Positions 50,657 through 61,683 of a DNA stretch of 64,000 bases are shown one piece after another; the first letter of the stretch is position 1, and every line of letters starts with the position of its first letter. The notes under the pieces are model-generated. The model was not told the DNA's origin. It was given only the letters and a program-made list of their open reading frames with translations, and did no database searches. Both the position numbers and the translations under genes were made by a program. Where the stretch lies: NCBI GenBank assembly GCA_965243025.1, contig CBDETY010000003.1, positions 5,664,001-5,728,000 of the forward strand, given 5' to 3'. This DNA is from Candidatus Latescibacterota bacterium (GTDB taxonomy: Bacteria > Latescibacterota > UBA2968 > UBA8231).

Positions 50657-51808
50657 ATGTGGTTCTTCGACAAAGCGATAGGGTTCAGATGGGTGGCGCT
50701 CCTGTCTCTGACGGCAGCCATCGGCATGACCGCCAGCGCAAACGCGGAAGAAGGGATGGACCGGGACGACCTTCCCGGCGTCCTCCAGGAGGAGCCTCCG
50801 GTGAAGATCGCAGTGGATGTCGAACCGACGGAGCCAAACCGCGGAACGACCCTGGCATCCTCACTCGAGCCGGTGATGCACACCCTCGGACGGACCGGGT
50901 GGACGCCCGCGCGCATCCAGGGTGTGCTGGGGCATTCGTTCCACTTCCAGATGGCCGAGGGCGGGGCCGTTGTCTACCACGACAACCTCGATTGGAGCCT
51001 GGGCCTGAAGGTCCTGCCGGAGATGGCGGAGTACCGCAGCTACGAGGCCACCAAGGAAAACTCCGGGGAGGAGCGGGCGGCCGCGGTGCGGGAGGCGAGG
51101 GACGCTGTCCGGGCGAGCCTGGATCGCGGCGTTCCCGCGATGGTCTGGAACCCGAGGACGGCCGCGCAGAGAGAGGCCGGACACCCCGGCGGCCGCGGGG
51201 TGTGCTGGGGGATCATCGTCGGCTACGACGAGGCGCAGGAGACCTACTCGATCCGCCATCCCTTCGTGTGGCAGGGGGATTACACGGTCCGCTGGGACGA
51301 GGTGGGGGAATGGATGGGGTCCGAGTGGTTCAGCGTGATGGTTTTCGACGGGGCGAAGAGCGCCGACGACAGGGAGCTGCATCGCATGGCGCTCGAGAAC
51401 GCCGTCTCCTTCGCGGACGGAACACGCCTGGGCAGGCACAAGTGGGCCCAGGGGTTCGACGCCTACGAGCTGTGGCTGGATGCGTTCGCGTCCGCGGATC
51501 TGCCTGATTTCACGCACTATCACGCCAGAATCCTGAGCTGGCGGCGGGAGCTGGCCGCGGAGTATCTCCGCGATCTGGCGGGGATTTTCGAGGCGGCGCG
51601 GGAGCCGCTCGAGGCGGCGGCCGGCCACTACGGCCGCGAGCATGCATCGCTGGCGGATCTGTCGTTGCTGGTCGATGCGGCGCTGACGCGCGGGTTCACG
51701 GAGGATGACCGCGCCGAGGCGGGCCGTCTGTTGCGGCAGGCGCTCGAGGCGGACCGCGCCGCAGTGGATGGGATTCGCAGGGCACTTGCCCTGCTCGACG
51801 AGTACTGA
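50657..51808 (+). CDS. Secreted hypothetical protein (BtrH/C39-like fold possible)
   Basis: Signal peptide; SLDRGVPAMVW...WGIIVGYDE...IRHP. Confidence 0.55.
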   Translation: MWFFDKAIGFRWVALLSLTAAIGMTASANAEEGMDRDDLPGVLQEEPPVKIAVDVEPTEPNRGTTLASSLEPVMHTLGRTGWTPARIQGVLGHSFHFQMAEGGAVVYHDNLDWSLGLKVLPEMAEYRSYEATKENSGEERAAAVREARDAVRASLDRGVPAMVWNPRTAAQREAGHPGGRGVCWGIIVGYDEAQETYSIRHPFVWQGDYTVRWDEVGEWMGSEWFSVMVFDGAKSADDRELHRMALENAVSFADGTRLGRHKWAQGFDAYELWLDAFASADLPDFTHYHARILSWRRELAAEYLRDLAGIFEAAREPLEAAAGHYGREHASLADLSLLVDAALTRGFTEDDRAEAGRLLRQALEADRAAVDGIRRALALLDEY

Positions 51809-51859
51809 GGACCTGCGACCCTGGAAGGGATGGTCTTCCCGGGGCGGGAGTTACCGGTT

Positions 51860-51944
51860 ACTTCCTGCCAATCCGGCCTCCGAACCGCGCAACGTTGGGC
51901 GAGGGACCGAACGGCCCGAAGCCGGGGGCACGGGGTTAGGCGAA
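51860..51944 (-). repeat. attC-like site 3 (after HicB; distal end degraded)
   Basis: Minus strand starts TTCGCCTAAC; core homologous to 52701-52793. Confidence 0.6.
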
Positions 51945-52041
51945 GGAGCCTGGCTGCCTCGTGCGTGTCGGTAAAACGTAAATCCCAACCGCCCTCATTT
52001 TTGAATCACCTGTCGATAGGTGGACCCTGAGAGCCGACCCA

Positions 52042-52287
52042 TCAAACACCTACGGGAATATCTAACTCAACGATTTCCATATTCATCCTGTGCAAGCCAT
52101 CCGGGAGAGCGTCTCCATGCTCCCTACAGGATTCGATTAGTTTTCTTGCCACGTCTTGAGCAATTTCAACCGTTTCAGCCACTGTTCGCCCTTGGGCTAC
52201 CAAGCCGGCGAAATCCTCTGAGGTAGCCAGATACTGATCGTTTTCTACACGTCTGATTTGAAGATGCAGCCGGTATTCCTCCGACAT
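52042..52287 (-). CDS. HicB-family antitoxin (orphan)
   Basis: YLATSEDFAGLVAQGRTVAETVEIAQDVA. Confidence 0.85.
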   Translation of the reverse strand: MSEEYRLHLQIRRVENDQYLATSEDFAGLVAQGRTVAETVEIAQDVARKLIESCREHGDALPDGLHRMNMEIVELDIPVGV

Positions 52288-52338
52288 TTTCTACTCTCGT
52301 TTGAGCGATGCTCAATGTGAGGTGGATTTTCTCTGCGC

Positions 52339-52432
52339 TTTCGCCTGACGTTATGCCGGTTTGCGAACCGGGAAGCGGTTGCCGAAGGCCAAAGCGCCAA
52401 AGCGTCGATGATGAATCGCAAACCGACTTAAG
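52339..52432 (-). repeat. attC-like site 2 (after DUF433)
   Basis: Imperfect hairpin CGGTTTGCGA...TCGCAAACCG; ends GCATAAC-GTCAGGCGAAA on minus strand. Confidence 0.6.
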
Positions 52433-52652
52433 AAACTGGTAGAGGATGAGCTTCTTCTGCTTCTACGAGCTCCTCAGCGTACTCAAGGGCTGCCCGTACA
52501 TCCGCCTCTACAATGCCATATTCCTCACAGACTTCATCTGGGGTTGCTCCACCTGCAAGGCTCCCGATAATTCGGTGCACTGGCACTCGGGTCCCCCGCA
52601 CCACAGGCTTGCCATGACGGATCGAAGGATCGATCATGATTCGTTCATTCAT
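52428..52652 (-). CDS. DUF433 antitoxin-like protein
   Basis: RIMIDPSIRHGKPVVRGTRVPV...DVRAALEYA. Confidence 0.9.
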   Translation of the reverse strand: MNERIMIDPSIRHGKPVVRGTRVPVHRIIGSLAGGATPDEVCEEYGIVEADVRAALEYAEELVEAEEAHPLPVS

Positions 52653-52700
52653 TCTATGACCTCCATTCTTTTACTTCACGCATACGAAACATGACTCCCA

Positions 52701-52793
52701 TTTTCACATAACGTTCTCGCCGTGCCCGAACCGCGAAGCGGTTGGGCGAAGGGCCCTATTGCCCGAAGCCGGGCACGGACGTGTTATGTGCCC
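52701..52793 (-). repeat. attC-like site 1 (after EVE gene)
   Basis: Minus strand GGGCACATAAC...CCGTGCCCG...CGGGCACGG...AAC-GTTATGTGAAAA, long imperfect palindrome with AAC/GTT cores. Confidence 0.75.
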
Positions 52794-52829
52794 GTTGCTT
52801 GCCCTCTCGGTACGATCAGTGCGGGTTCC

Positions 52830-53924
52830 TTAGGCTTCCTCTGCGTATTCCTCAAGCACTGCGTCCGACAGATAGGAAAGGTGCTGCTCGTCAGATACTT
52901 CTCTCACGCTATCGTAAGAGATAAAGGAACAGATCTCCGACAGCGGAGCACGTTCGAGTAATGAAAAGACCGGCCGCTGAATTTCTTGCAGAACCTTCTC
53001 CTTTCGACCGTACGGGGCAACAATGTGAAGGCGGATGTCCATGTTTGGCTGAAGTGCCAGCAAGTCCGCCATTCGGAGTATCCCGGAATAAATCGCTGTT
53101 GAGTGTTCAACTTCGAAGGCCCTGACAATTGATCTACGCCGCAACCAAAGTACATCAATTTGTTCAATTGTCTTCAAGGTGGTTTCGTCGTAATTCAGTG
53201 GCAGTGCATCCAACAACACTCCCTCGTCTGGCGCCCACTCCTGGATAATATTGGAGCGATCGCTACGTGGAAGCCAGACTGTGAATCCCATGGCCTCCCC
53301 AATCCGAGCTAGGAGTGCCTGTATCTGATAGGATTCACGAATAGTTTGTTCATCTCGCGCGTCTTCCTCTGACTCGTCCTCCTGAGGTACGGAGACAGAA
53401 ACCACCTTGTCTTCCCGCCGGATTCTCTGTCCAACCAGCTTCCGGTAGTGTTCCTCGTCCAATTCGTATGTGTGTCCACCTATTTTCTGGCGTTCCAGCA
53501 ACTCTTCTAAGAACCGGCCGTCTTCCTCGGATAGAGGATTAAGGCTGTTTCGCATTTTGCCGGTCCAATGCGAGCTGTTCTTTTCGTAGCTCTGAGTGAA
53601 TGAAAGAGCCTCCCAAACGTGGTCCTCGTGAATCGGGACAGCCTTCTCCTTGGGCAGCCAAACCTGCGGTTTTACACGAAATCGGATCACGAAGGGGTCA
53701 TCCTCAGGATAGAATAGAGGCGTGTTACCCTCGAAGTATTCGCTTGTGACCTCCAGGATACCCACCCAGCGGGAAAGCTTGGTTACGTAGCAAACAAGCT
53801 TGTCACCACGCCCGATCTGGCTCGCGGCGTTCTTCTGGCGTGGTCTGAACCCGGAGATGCTCTGATCTGATTGGGTAAAAGCCTCGTATGTCTCAGGCGA
53901 AAAGAGATCGGTGTAATAAGCCAT
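52830..53924 (-). CDS. EVE-domain protein with C-terminal PD-(D/E)xK-like domain (candidate modification-dependent nuclease)
   Basis: GDKLVCYVTKLSRWVGILEV (EVE-like); QIDVLWL...AFEVEHST. Confidence 0.7.
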   Translation of the reverse strand: MAYYTDLFSPETYEAFTQSDQSISGFRPRQKNAASQIGRGDKLVCYVTKLSRWVGILEVTSEYFEGNTPLFYPEDDPFVIRFRVKPQVWLPKEKAVPIHEDHVWEALSFTQSYEKNSSHWTGKMRNSLNPLSEEDGRFLEELLERQKIGGHTYELDEEHYRKLVGQRIRREDKVVSVSVPQEDESEEDARDEQTIRESYQIQALLARIGEAMGFTVWLPRSDRSNIIQEWAPDEGVLLDALPLNYDETTLKTIEQIDVLWLRRRSIVRAFEVEHSTAIYSGILRMADLLALQPNMDIRLHIVAPYGRKEKVLQEIQRPVFSLLERAPLSEICSFISYDSVREVSDEQHLSYLSDAVLEEYAEEA

Positions 53925-54009
53925 ATTGATACTCGTGTGGTGGTTTCAGAGCTGTTGAATCATTCTCGAAACGAATGACAAAAAAGCTGCAATGGCACAT
54001 AACTACCGA

Positions 54010-54160
54010 TTAACGATCGGCGTTCACTTCGAGTTGGACCCCCCTCGTGCTGCTGAATCCGGCTGATGACCTCGAACAGGTTGCGGGTGTGGGGATTGCC
54101 GGACGGTCCGAACATGCGCATCAGACTCTTGGGCGGCTTGAAGTCACGGGTAAGCGGCAT
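54010..54160 (-). pseudogene. Internally deleted HTH antitoxin/regulator
   Basis: MPLTRDFK fused directly to PPKSLMRMFGPSGNP...NLFEVI. Confidence 0.6.
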
Positions 54161-54207
54161 GGTTCATTTCTCTTGACCGCGCCGGGGGTGGGGTGTGCTG
54201 CGGTTGC

Positions 54208-54416
54208 TCAAGCGCTTAACGATCGCGCCACGGTTTCGGGATTTTCCGAAGCAATCTTGAGCAGAGCTCGGGCAGGACCCTCCGGACGGCGGCGTCCCTG
54301 CTCCCAATTCTGCAGGGGTCCATCTGAACCGTGCGTCCTGGCTTCAGCTTGCCTCGCTTGATCGCTCCGGCCTGCTTGACGCTGGCTGCAAGTTGGTCAA
54401 AGTCGCGCTCATTCAT
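54208..54416 (-). pseudogene. Internally deleted NadS/HigA-like HTH antitoxin
   Basis: MNERDFDQLAASVKQAG...MDP joined out of frame to LQNWEQGRRRPEGPARALL. Confidence 0.7.
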
Positions 54417-54453
54417 ACCAGATAGGTTACCTCCTTCCGGAGATCTTGGAAAT

Positions 54454-54705
54454 TCAGCTCGCTGCGTGTAATTCCTCGCGCAATACTCGACGCAGAGTAT
54501 CCTCGTCAACAGGAGGCTTCCTCTTCCCAAGGTAATCTCTCAATGCCTCGTTGATCATGGTTTGATAACCTGTTCCCGCCTCTTCGGAAAATGAACGAAA
54601 GGCATCCAGGACGTCGTTATCTACATACATGGTTATTCGCGTTTTTCCTCTTTGCGGGACTACTGCCCCTCGTCTCCCACGGCTGAAATCATATTCCTGT
54701 TTCAT
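54454..54705 (-). CDS. BrnA-family antitoxin
   Basis: MKQEYDFSRGRRG, KTRITMYVD, GYQTMINEALR. Confidence 0.9.
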   Translation of the reverse strand: MKQEYDFSRGRRGAVVPQRGKTRITMYVDNDVLDAFRSFSEEAGTGYQTMINEALRDYLGKRKPPVDEDTLRRVLREELHAAS

Positions 54706-54961
54706 AGGTTTTCTTTTCTCTCCGAGTCGCTGGTCTCGCGGAAATTATCCTTATGGTTCCTTCGTAAACTGCGTATACAACCACGAGGGTCCGCCCCAAA
54801 GCATCCAAACCAACAGTAACCTGCCGATCTTCGAACACCTCTCGATCATCTGCAACCGTCAAGGCATAGGGATCAAAGAGTACCGATTCAGCGTCTGAGA
54901 ACGATACGCCGTGCTTGGCAAGGTTAATCTTGGCTTTTACTGGATCCCATTCGATGTCCAT
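54689..54961 (-). CDS. BrnT-family toxin
   Basis: IEWDPVKAKINLAKHGVSF, IRIISARPATRRE. Confidence 0.92.
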   Translation of the reverse strand: MDIEWDPVKAKINLAKHGVSFSDAESVLFDPYALTVADDREVFEDRQVTVGLDALGRTLVVVYAVYEGTIRIISARPATRREKKTYETGI

Positions 54962-54968
54962 CGCCAGA

Positions 54969-54991
54969 ATATATGCATAATATGCATATAT
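54969..54991. promoter_or_regulatory. Perfect palindrome, probable BrnTA operator
   Basis: ATATATGCATA-A-TATGCATATAT just upstream of the brnT-like start. Confidence 0.7.
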
Positions 54992-55050
54992 CGCAATGGT
55001 CGAGAGCGGGGGAGGGGAGTAGCCACCTACTGTTTACAGCAATGACGTAG

Positions 55051-55135
55051 AACTGCCGATTACTGAACCCGGTTCACTTCGAGTTGAACACCCTCGTGTT
55101 GCTGAATCCGGCTGATGATCTCGAAAAGGTTGCGG
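55051..55135 (-). repeat. Diverged direct repeat of 54001-54086 (3' end of HTH antitoxin)
   Basis: Shared GTTCACTTCGAGTTG...GCTGAATCCGGCTGATGA.CTCGAA.AGGTTGCGG. Confidence 0.85.
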
Positions 55136-55166
55136 ACTCTGCGGACCGAGCCGGCTGTAGAACCGG

Positions 55167-56870
<1,704 letters not shown>

Positions 56871-56890
56871 GGGATCGGAATGGCGGCGGG

Positions 56891-57820
56891 CTAGCGGATC
56901 AGCCAGGGGGCGTCCGGCGGGCTGAACTCGTCCTTGGGAGGCAGGAACTGGCGCAGGTGCCGGCAGCCGTAGGCGAACCCATCTAGGCCGGGCATGCCGC
57001 GGTCCTCGTTCTCGCAGCAGAGGACGTAGTCGTACCCCGATTCGACCAGGGCGTTGGTGATCTTCGCCCAGTCGAGATCGCCGCGGCCCGGCACGCGGTA
57101 CTGCCACCACCAGTTGCCGATGACGCCCTGGCGGTAGAGCATGCGCGGGCTCACCTCGCAGTCCTTGACGTCGGCGAAGTACCACTTGCCGGAGTACTCG
57201 CGGATGACGTCCTCTGCCGGCAGCATCATCATCCAGACCCAGTGCGAGGGATCGCAGGAAAGGCCGATGAAGTCGGAGGGAACCGCGTCGAGGATGCGGT
57301 CCCACATCTCCGGGTTGCAGCCGATGTTCCCCATGCGCACGGCCACGTCGAGGGCGATTTTGACGCCGGTCTCCTCGGCTTCGCGGGCGATCGGGGTGAA
57401 CATCTCCCGGTAGCGTTCGACCAGCTCGTCGCAGCGGTCGGTCGGGTTGCCCGGTGGGGAGGAGTACATGCCGTAGAAGACGCCGTTCCTGACCGGGGCG
57501 CCGCTGCCGGTGATCACCACCGGGCACTCGAGCGCCGCGGACGAGCGCAGCGCCTTCTTCAGGCGCAGCGACTCCCTCTCGCGGATCTCGGGGTCGTCGT
57601 CGAGGAGGTTGCAGTGGGCGGCGATGCAGGAGAGGTAGAGGTCGCTGCCGGAGAGGGTCTCGCGCACCTCGGCGGGTCCTTCGGTGAGGATCCGGTCGGA
57701 GTCGAGCACGCCGTTGTCGGTCAGGCGCACGCAGTCGAAATCGTGCGCCCTTGCCCAGGCGGCGCACTGTTCGAGGCTCCAGCCGCCGGCTCCCGCGGTG
57801 GTGTAGAAGCTGATGTCCAT
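56891..57820 (-). CDS. Sugar phosphate isomerase/epimerase (IolE/xylose isomerase-like TIM barrel)
   Basis: [22 protein letters not shown]. Confidence 0.8.
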   Translation of the reverse strand: MDISFYTTAGAGGWSLEQCAAWARAHDFDCVRLTDNGVLDSDRILTEGPAEVRETLSGSDLYLSCIAAHCNLLDDDPEIRERESLRLKKALRSSAALECPVVITGSGAPVRNGVFYGMYSSPPGNPTDRCDELVERYREMFTPIAREAEETGVKIALDVAVRMGNIGCNPEMWDRILDAVPSDFIGLSCDPSHWVWMMMLPAEDVIREYSGKWYFADVKDCEVSPRMLYRQGVIGNWWWQYRVPGRGDLDWAKITNALVESGYDYVLCCENEDRGMPGLDGFAYGCRHLRQFLPPKDEFSPPDAPWLIR

Positions 57821-57942
57821 CGAGGTTCGGGGGTTTCTCTGGAAAGAGCGGCGGAGCTTGAGCCCGCTCGGCGCGGGGCCCTAGATTGGAGTTCCCTTCC
57901 GCCGCAAATGAGTGACGAACTGAATTAAAGAAAGGCCCTGGC

Positions 57943-59169
57943 ATGGCTCTCATCAACGAACATTACCTGAAGCTCACCGCCGGATACCTGTTCCCGGAGA
58001 TCGCGCGCCGCACCGGCGCCTTCCAGGAGAAGAACCCCGGCGCCGACGTCATCCGCATGGGGATCGGCGACGTGGTCAAGGGGATCCCCCGGGTCGTCGC
58101 CGAGGCGATGAAGGAGGCGGTCGAGGAGATGGCGCACGACGAGTCGTTCCAGGGCTACCCCCCGGGCGAGGGGTACGACTTCCTGATCGATGCCATCGTC
58201 GAGCACGAGTACGCCTGCCGCGGGGTCGAGGTCGCCGCCGACGAGGTGATCGTGTCGGACGGCTCCAAGTGCGACTCGGCCAACATCCAGGAGATCTTCG
58301 CCATCGACAACACCGTCGCCCTCACCGACCCCGTCTACCCCGTGTACTGCGACAGCAACGTCATGGCGGGCCGCACCGGGAACGCCGGGGAGGACGGCCG
58401 CTACGCCGGGCTGGTTTACCTGCCCTGCACGGTTGAGTCCGGGTTTCTGCCGCCGCTTCCCGACCGCCGCGTCGACCTGGTGTATCTCTGCTCGCCCAAC
58501 AACCCGACGGGTGCGGTGATGCCGCGCGAGGTGCTGGCCGAGTGGGTCGCGTACGCCCGCGACGAGAAGGCCGTCCTCTTCTTCGACGCCGCGTACGAGG
58601 GGTACATCTCCGACCCGGGGATACCGCACTCGATCTACGAGATCGACGGAGCCCGCGAGGTAGCCGTCGAGATGCGCTCGTTCTCGAAGAGCGCCGGTTT
58701 CACCGGCCTGCGCTGCGCCTTCACCGTGGTTCCCAAAGAGCTGCGCGCCTTCTCCGAATCGGGGGAGGGCCACTCCCTGCACGCCGCCTGGGTGCGCCGG
58801 CACAACACCAAGTTCAACGGGGTCTCCTACCCCGTGCAGCGGGGGGCCGCGGCTTCTTACTCGCCGGAGGGCCGCCGCGCCACCGCGGAGACGATCGCCT
58901 TCTACATGGAGAACGCGCGGCTGATGAAGGAGCGCCTGTCCGCCTGCGGGTACGCGGTGTACGGCGGGGAAAACGCCCCCTACTTGTGGATCACCACCCC
59001 GGAGGGGACGGACAGCTGGGGATTCTTCGACCTGCTGCTCGAAGAGGCCCACGTCGTCGGCACGCCCGGCTCCGGGTTCGGGGCCGCCGGGGAGGGGTAC
59101 CTGCGCCTGTCCGCCTTCCAGCACCGGGAGGCGGTCGAGGAGGCCCTGACCCGCATCGCCGCTCTCTGA
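57943..59169 (+). CDS. dapL: LL-diaminopimelate aminotransferase
   Basis: [46 protein letters not shown]. Confidence 0.95.
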   Translation: MALINEHYLKLTAGYLFPEIARRTGAFQEKNPGADVIRMGIGDVVKGIPRVVAEAMKEAVEEMAHDESFQGYPPGEGYDFLIDAIVEHEYACRGVEVAADEVIVSDGSKCDSANIQEIFAIDNTVALTDPVYPVYCDSNVMAGRTGNAGEDGRYAGLVYLPCTVESGFLPPLPDRRVDLVYLCSPNNPTGAVMPREVLAEWVAYARDEKAVLFFDAAYEGYISDPGIPHSIYEIDGAREVAVEMRSFSKSAGFTGLRCAFTVVPKELRAFSESGEGHSLHAAWVRRHNTKFNGVSYPVQRGAAASYSPEGRRATAETIAFYMENARLMKERLSACGYAVYGGENAPYLWITTPEGTDSWGFFDLLLEEAHVVGTPGSGFGAAGEGYLRLSAFQHREAVEEALTRIAAL

Positions 59170-59262
59170 TAGTTCCGGAGGCTCTCCGGGTCCGGCCGCG
59201 ATCCGGAAAGCCCCGGAGTCAGCTGAGGAAATCCCGGAAACAGCTGAAAATGTGTCAGGGGG

Positions 59263-59292
59263 TTGACAGTTCCGTGTCGAAGCCGGTACACT
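59263..59292 (+). promoter_or_regulatory. Sigma70-like promoter of regulator-nadA operon
   Basis: TTGACA-N18-TACACT followed by an AT-rich leader. Confidence 0.6.
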
Positions 59293-59407
59293 AGGAAATC
59301 CGAAATAAACAATTATTATTCATTAATTAACCGGTTTCGCCGGACGAATACCGGAAAATTCATTCGGAATGCAACATCACCTGCAAACAGGAAAGACGAA
59401 GGGATCG

Positions 59408-59602
59408 ATGAACGGAAAGGCGAGGTCGAGGACTTTCTCGGCGACCGAGAGAGACTTCGACATGCTCGAAGCAGTGGCCCGCTACCACGGCTCGAGCAAG
59501 AGCGCGGCGATCGCGGGACTCATCCGCAAGGAGTTCTGGCGCGTGTTTCCGCACGGGACCGAGGAGATCGCCCCTGACCCGGGAGCCAAGGTGGAATCAT
59601 GA
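59408..59602 (+). CDS. Small ribbon-helix-helix-like protein coupled to nadA
   Basis: RTFSATERDFDMLEAVARYHGSSKSAAIAGLIRKE; ATGA overlap with nadA. Confidence 0.65.
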   Translation: MNGKARSRTFSATERDFDMLEAVARYHGSSKSAAIAGLIRKEFWRVFPHGTEEIAPDPGAKVES

Positions 59603-60585
59603 GCCAGGTCGAAACCGCCGGCGTCGCCGGACACTACCACTACACCGACCTGCCGCACGCGGAGCTGGTCGCCCAGATCGACCGCCTGCGTCAGGAGAAG
59701 AACGCCGTCATCCTCGCCCACAACTACCAGGTCCCCGAGGTCCAGGACATCGCCGATTTCACCGGCGATTCGCTCGGGCTCTCGGTGGAGGCGAGCCGCA
59801 CCGCGGCGGACCTGATCGTCTTCTGCGGCGTCCACTTCATGGCCGAGTCGGCCAAGATCCTCAGCCCTGAAAAGACCGTGCTGCTGCCGCATCTGGGGGC
59901 CGGCTGCGCCCTGTCGGACTCGATCACGCCTGAGAGCCTCGAGGAGTGGAAGGAAGCCTACCCCGATCACACGGTGGTCACCTACGTCAACTCCTCGGCG
60001 GAGGTGAAGGCGGAGTCCGACATCTGCTGCACCTCGGCCAACGCCGTCTCCGTGGTCCGCAGCCTCGACAGCGGCAAGGTGCTGTTCACCCCGGACCGCA
60101 ACCTCGGCCGCTGGGTTGCCGAGCAGGTTCCGGAGAAGGAGGTGGCGATCTACGACGGCGTCTGCCCGACCCACGACGTGCTGCGGCAGGCGAGCGTCGA
60201 GCGCACCCGGGGGGAGCACCCGGAAGCGGTGATCATCGCGCACCCTGAATGCCGCGAGGACGTGGTGGCCGCCGCCCACGAGGTCTGCTCGACGACGGGC
60301 ATGCTCGACGCCGTCGGGCGCTACCCGGACGCGGAGACCTTCATCATCGCCACCGAGAGCGGCATCATCCACCAGCTCAAGAAGCGCTACCCCGGCAAGG
60401 AGTTCGTGCCGGCCGACGGCTGCATCGGCTGCCGCCTGCACTGTCCCTACATGAAGGTCACCGGGCTGCAGGACGTGTACTTCTCGCTGGCGGACGAGCG
60501 CTACGAGATCGAGCTGGACGACGACGTGATCGAGGGGGCGCGGCGCTCCCTCGAACGGATGATGGCGGTGCCGAGAGACAACTGA
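59599..60585 (+). CDS. nadA: Quinolinate synthase
   Basis: ILAHNYQ, GDSL, FCGVHFMAE, YVNSSA, CCTSANA, AHPEC, CPYMK. Confidence 0.96.
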   Translation: MSQVETAGVAGHYHYTDLPHAELVAQIDRLRQEKNAVILAHNYQVPEVQDIADFTGDSLGLSVEASRTAADLIVFCGVHFMAESAKILSPEKTVLLPHLGAGCALSDSITPESLEEWKEAYPDHTVVTYVNSSAEVKAESDICCTSANAVSVVRSLDSGKVLFTPDRNLGRWVAEQVPEKEVAIYDGVCPTHDVLRQASVERTRGEHPEAVIIAHPECREDVVAAAHEVCSTTGMLDAVGRYPDAETFIIATESGIIHQLKKRYPGKEFVPADGCIGCRLHCPYMKVTGLQDVYFSLADERYEIELDDDVIEGARRSLERMMAVPRDN

Positions 60586-60768
60586 TCCGGGGGATGTCCG
60601 GGCGGCCGGGCTGACGTCGGGGTTGTTCGACCCCGGACCGCCGGGGACGTCAGCCGCGCCGAGGGCCGGTTGTTCCGAAACCGGACCCCGTGAAGTCAGC
60701 CGGGACAGGGCCGGTTTTTTCGAGCTCGAGTCCCCGGGCTTTCAGCACCTATTTTCGCGCATGCCTCG

Positions 60769-60796
60769 ACGCCGCCGGCTTCGGCGGCGTTTTTTG
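60769..60796 (+). terminator. Rho-independent terminator
   Basis: ACGCCGCCG-GCTT-CGGCGGCGT followed by T run. Confidence 0.7.
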
Positions 60797-60825
60797 TGCC
60801 CTTCCACAAGCGAGGAGTTCAAACC

Positions 60826-61683
60826 ATGAGAGTTGGATCGGGTGATTTCGTGTACGAGTACGACGGGGACTGGCCGCGGCTTCCTGCCGACATCGAGCTG
60901 GGTTGGGTGGCCGCCGTGGCCGTAGATGCCGACGACAGGGTGTACGTGTACAGCCGCAGCGAGGTGCCGATGGTGGTGTTCGACCGGGAGGGGAACTTCC
61001 TCGACGGCTGGCGCACCCTCGACGCGCAGGCCGCCCACGGGTTGAACATCGACGCCGGCGGCAGCCTCTGGTGCACGGAGTACGATATCCACTGCGTCCG
61101 CAAGATGTCGCCGTCGGGAGAGGAGCTGCTGACCATCGGAACTCCCGGGGCGGCGGGTGCCGAGGGGGAACCGTTCCGGCGTCCGACCGACGTCGCCTTC
61201 GACTCGCAGGGGTTTCTCTACATATCGGACGGGTACGACAACGCCCGCGTCCACAAGTACTCGGCCGGCGGCCAGCTGCTCAAATCATGGGGGGAGCCGG
61301 GCACCGGCCGGGGGCAGTTCGACATCTCGCACTGCGTCCGCGTCGACCCCGACGACCGGGTCATGGTCTGCGACCGCTCCAACGACCGCATCCAGATTTT
61401 CGACACCGAGGGGAACTACCTCGAGGAGTGGGGGGACCTCAGCGAGCCGGACACCATCCACATCGACGGCGACGGCATTGTCTACGTCGCCGAGCTCAAC
61501 CAGCGCGTCAGCATCTACAACCTGCGGGGTGAGCTTCTGTGCCGCTGGGGCCGCGCGGAGCGCACCGATACCCCGGGCGAGTTCAAGGGCTGCCCCCACG
61601 GCATCTGGACCGACTCGCGGGGCGACCTCTACATCAGCGAGGTGCAGACCGACGGCCGGGTGCAGAAGTTCGTGCGCCAGTGA
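60826..61683 (+). CDS. NHL-repeat protein (PAL-like)
   Basis: FRRPTDVAFD, YISDGYDNARVHKY, CDRSNDRIQIFD, PHGIWTDSRGDLY. Confidence 0.88.
   Translation: MRVGSGDFVYEYDGDWPRLPADIELGWVAAVAVDADDRVYVYSRSEVPMVVFDREGNFLDGWRTLDAQAAHGLNIDAGGSLWCTEYDIHCVRKMSPSGEELLTIGTPGAAGAEGEPFRRPTDVAFDSQGFLYISDGYDNARVHKYSAGGQLLKSWGEPGTGRGQFDISHCVRVDPDDRVMVCDRSNDRIQIFDTEGNYLEEWGDLSEPDTIHIDGDGIVYVAELNQRVSIYNLRGELLCRWGRAERTDTPGEFKGCPHGIWTDSRGDLYISEVQTDGRVQKFVRQ

Noticed and set aside
59293-59407. NAD+ riboswitch upstream of nadA
   Set aside because: Leader is AT-rich with little evident pairing and I could not match the motif; needs an Rfam scan
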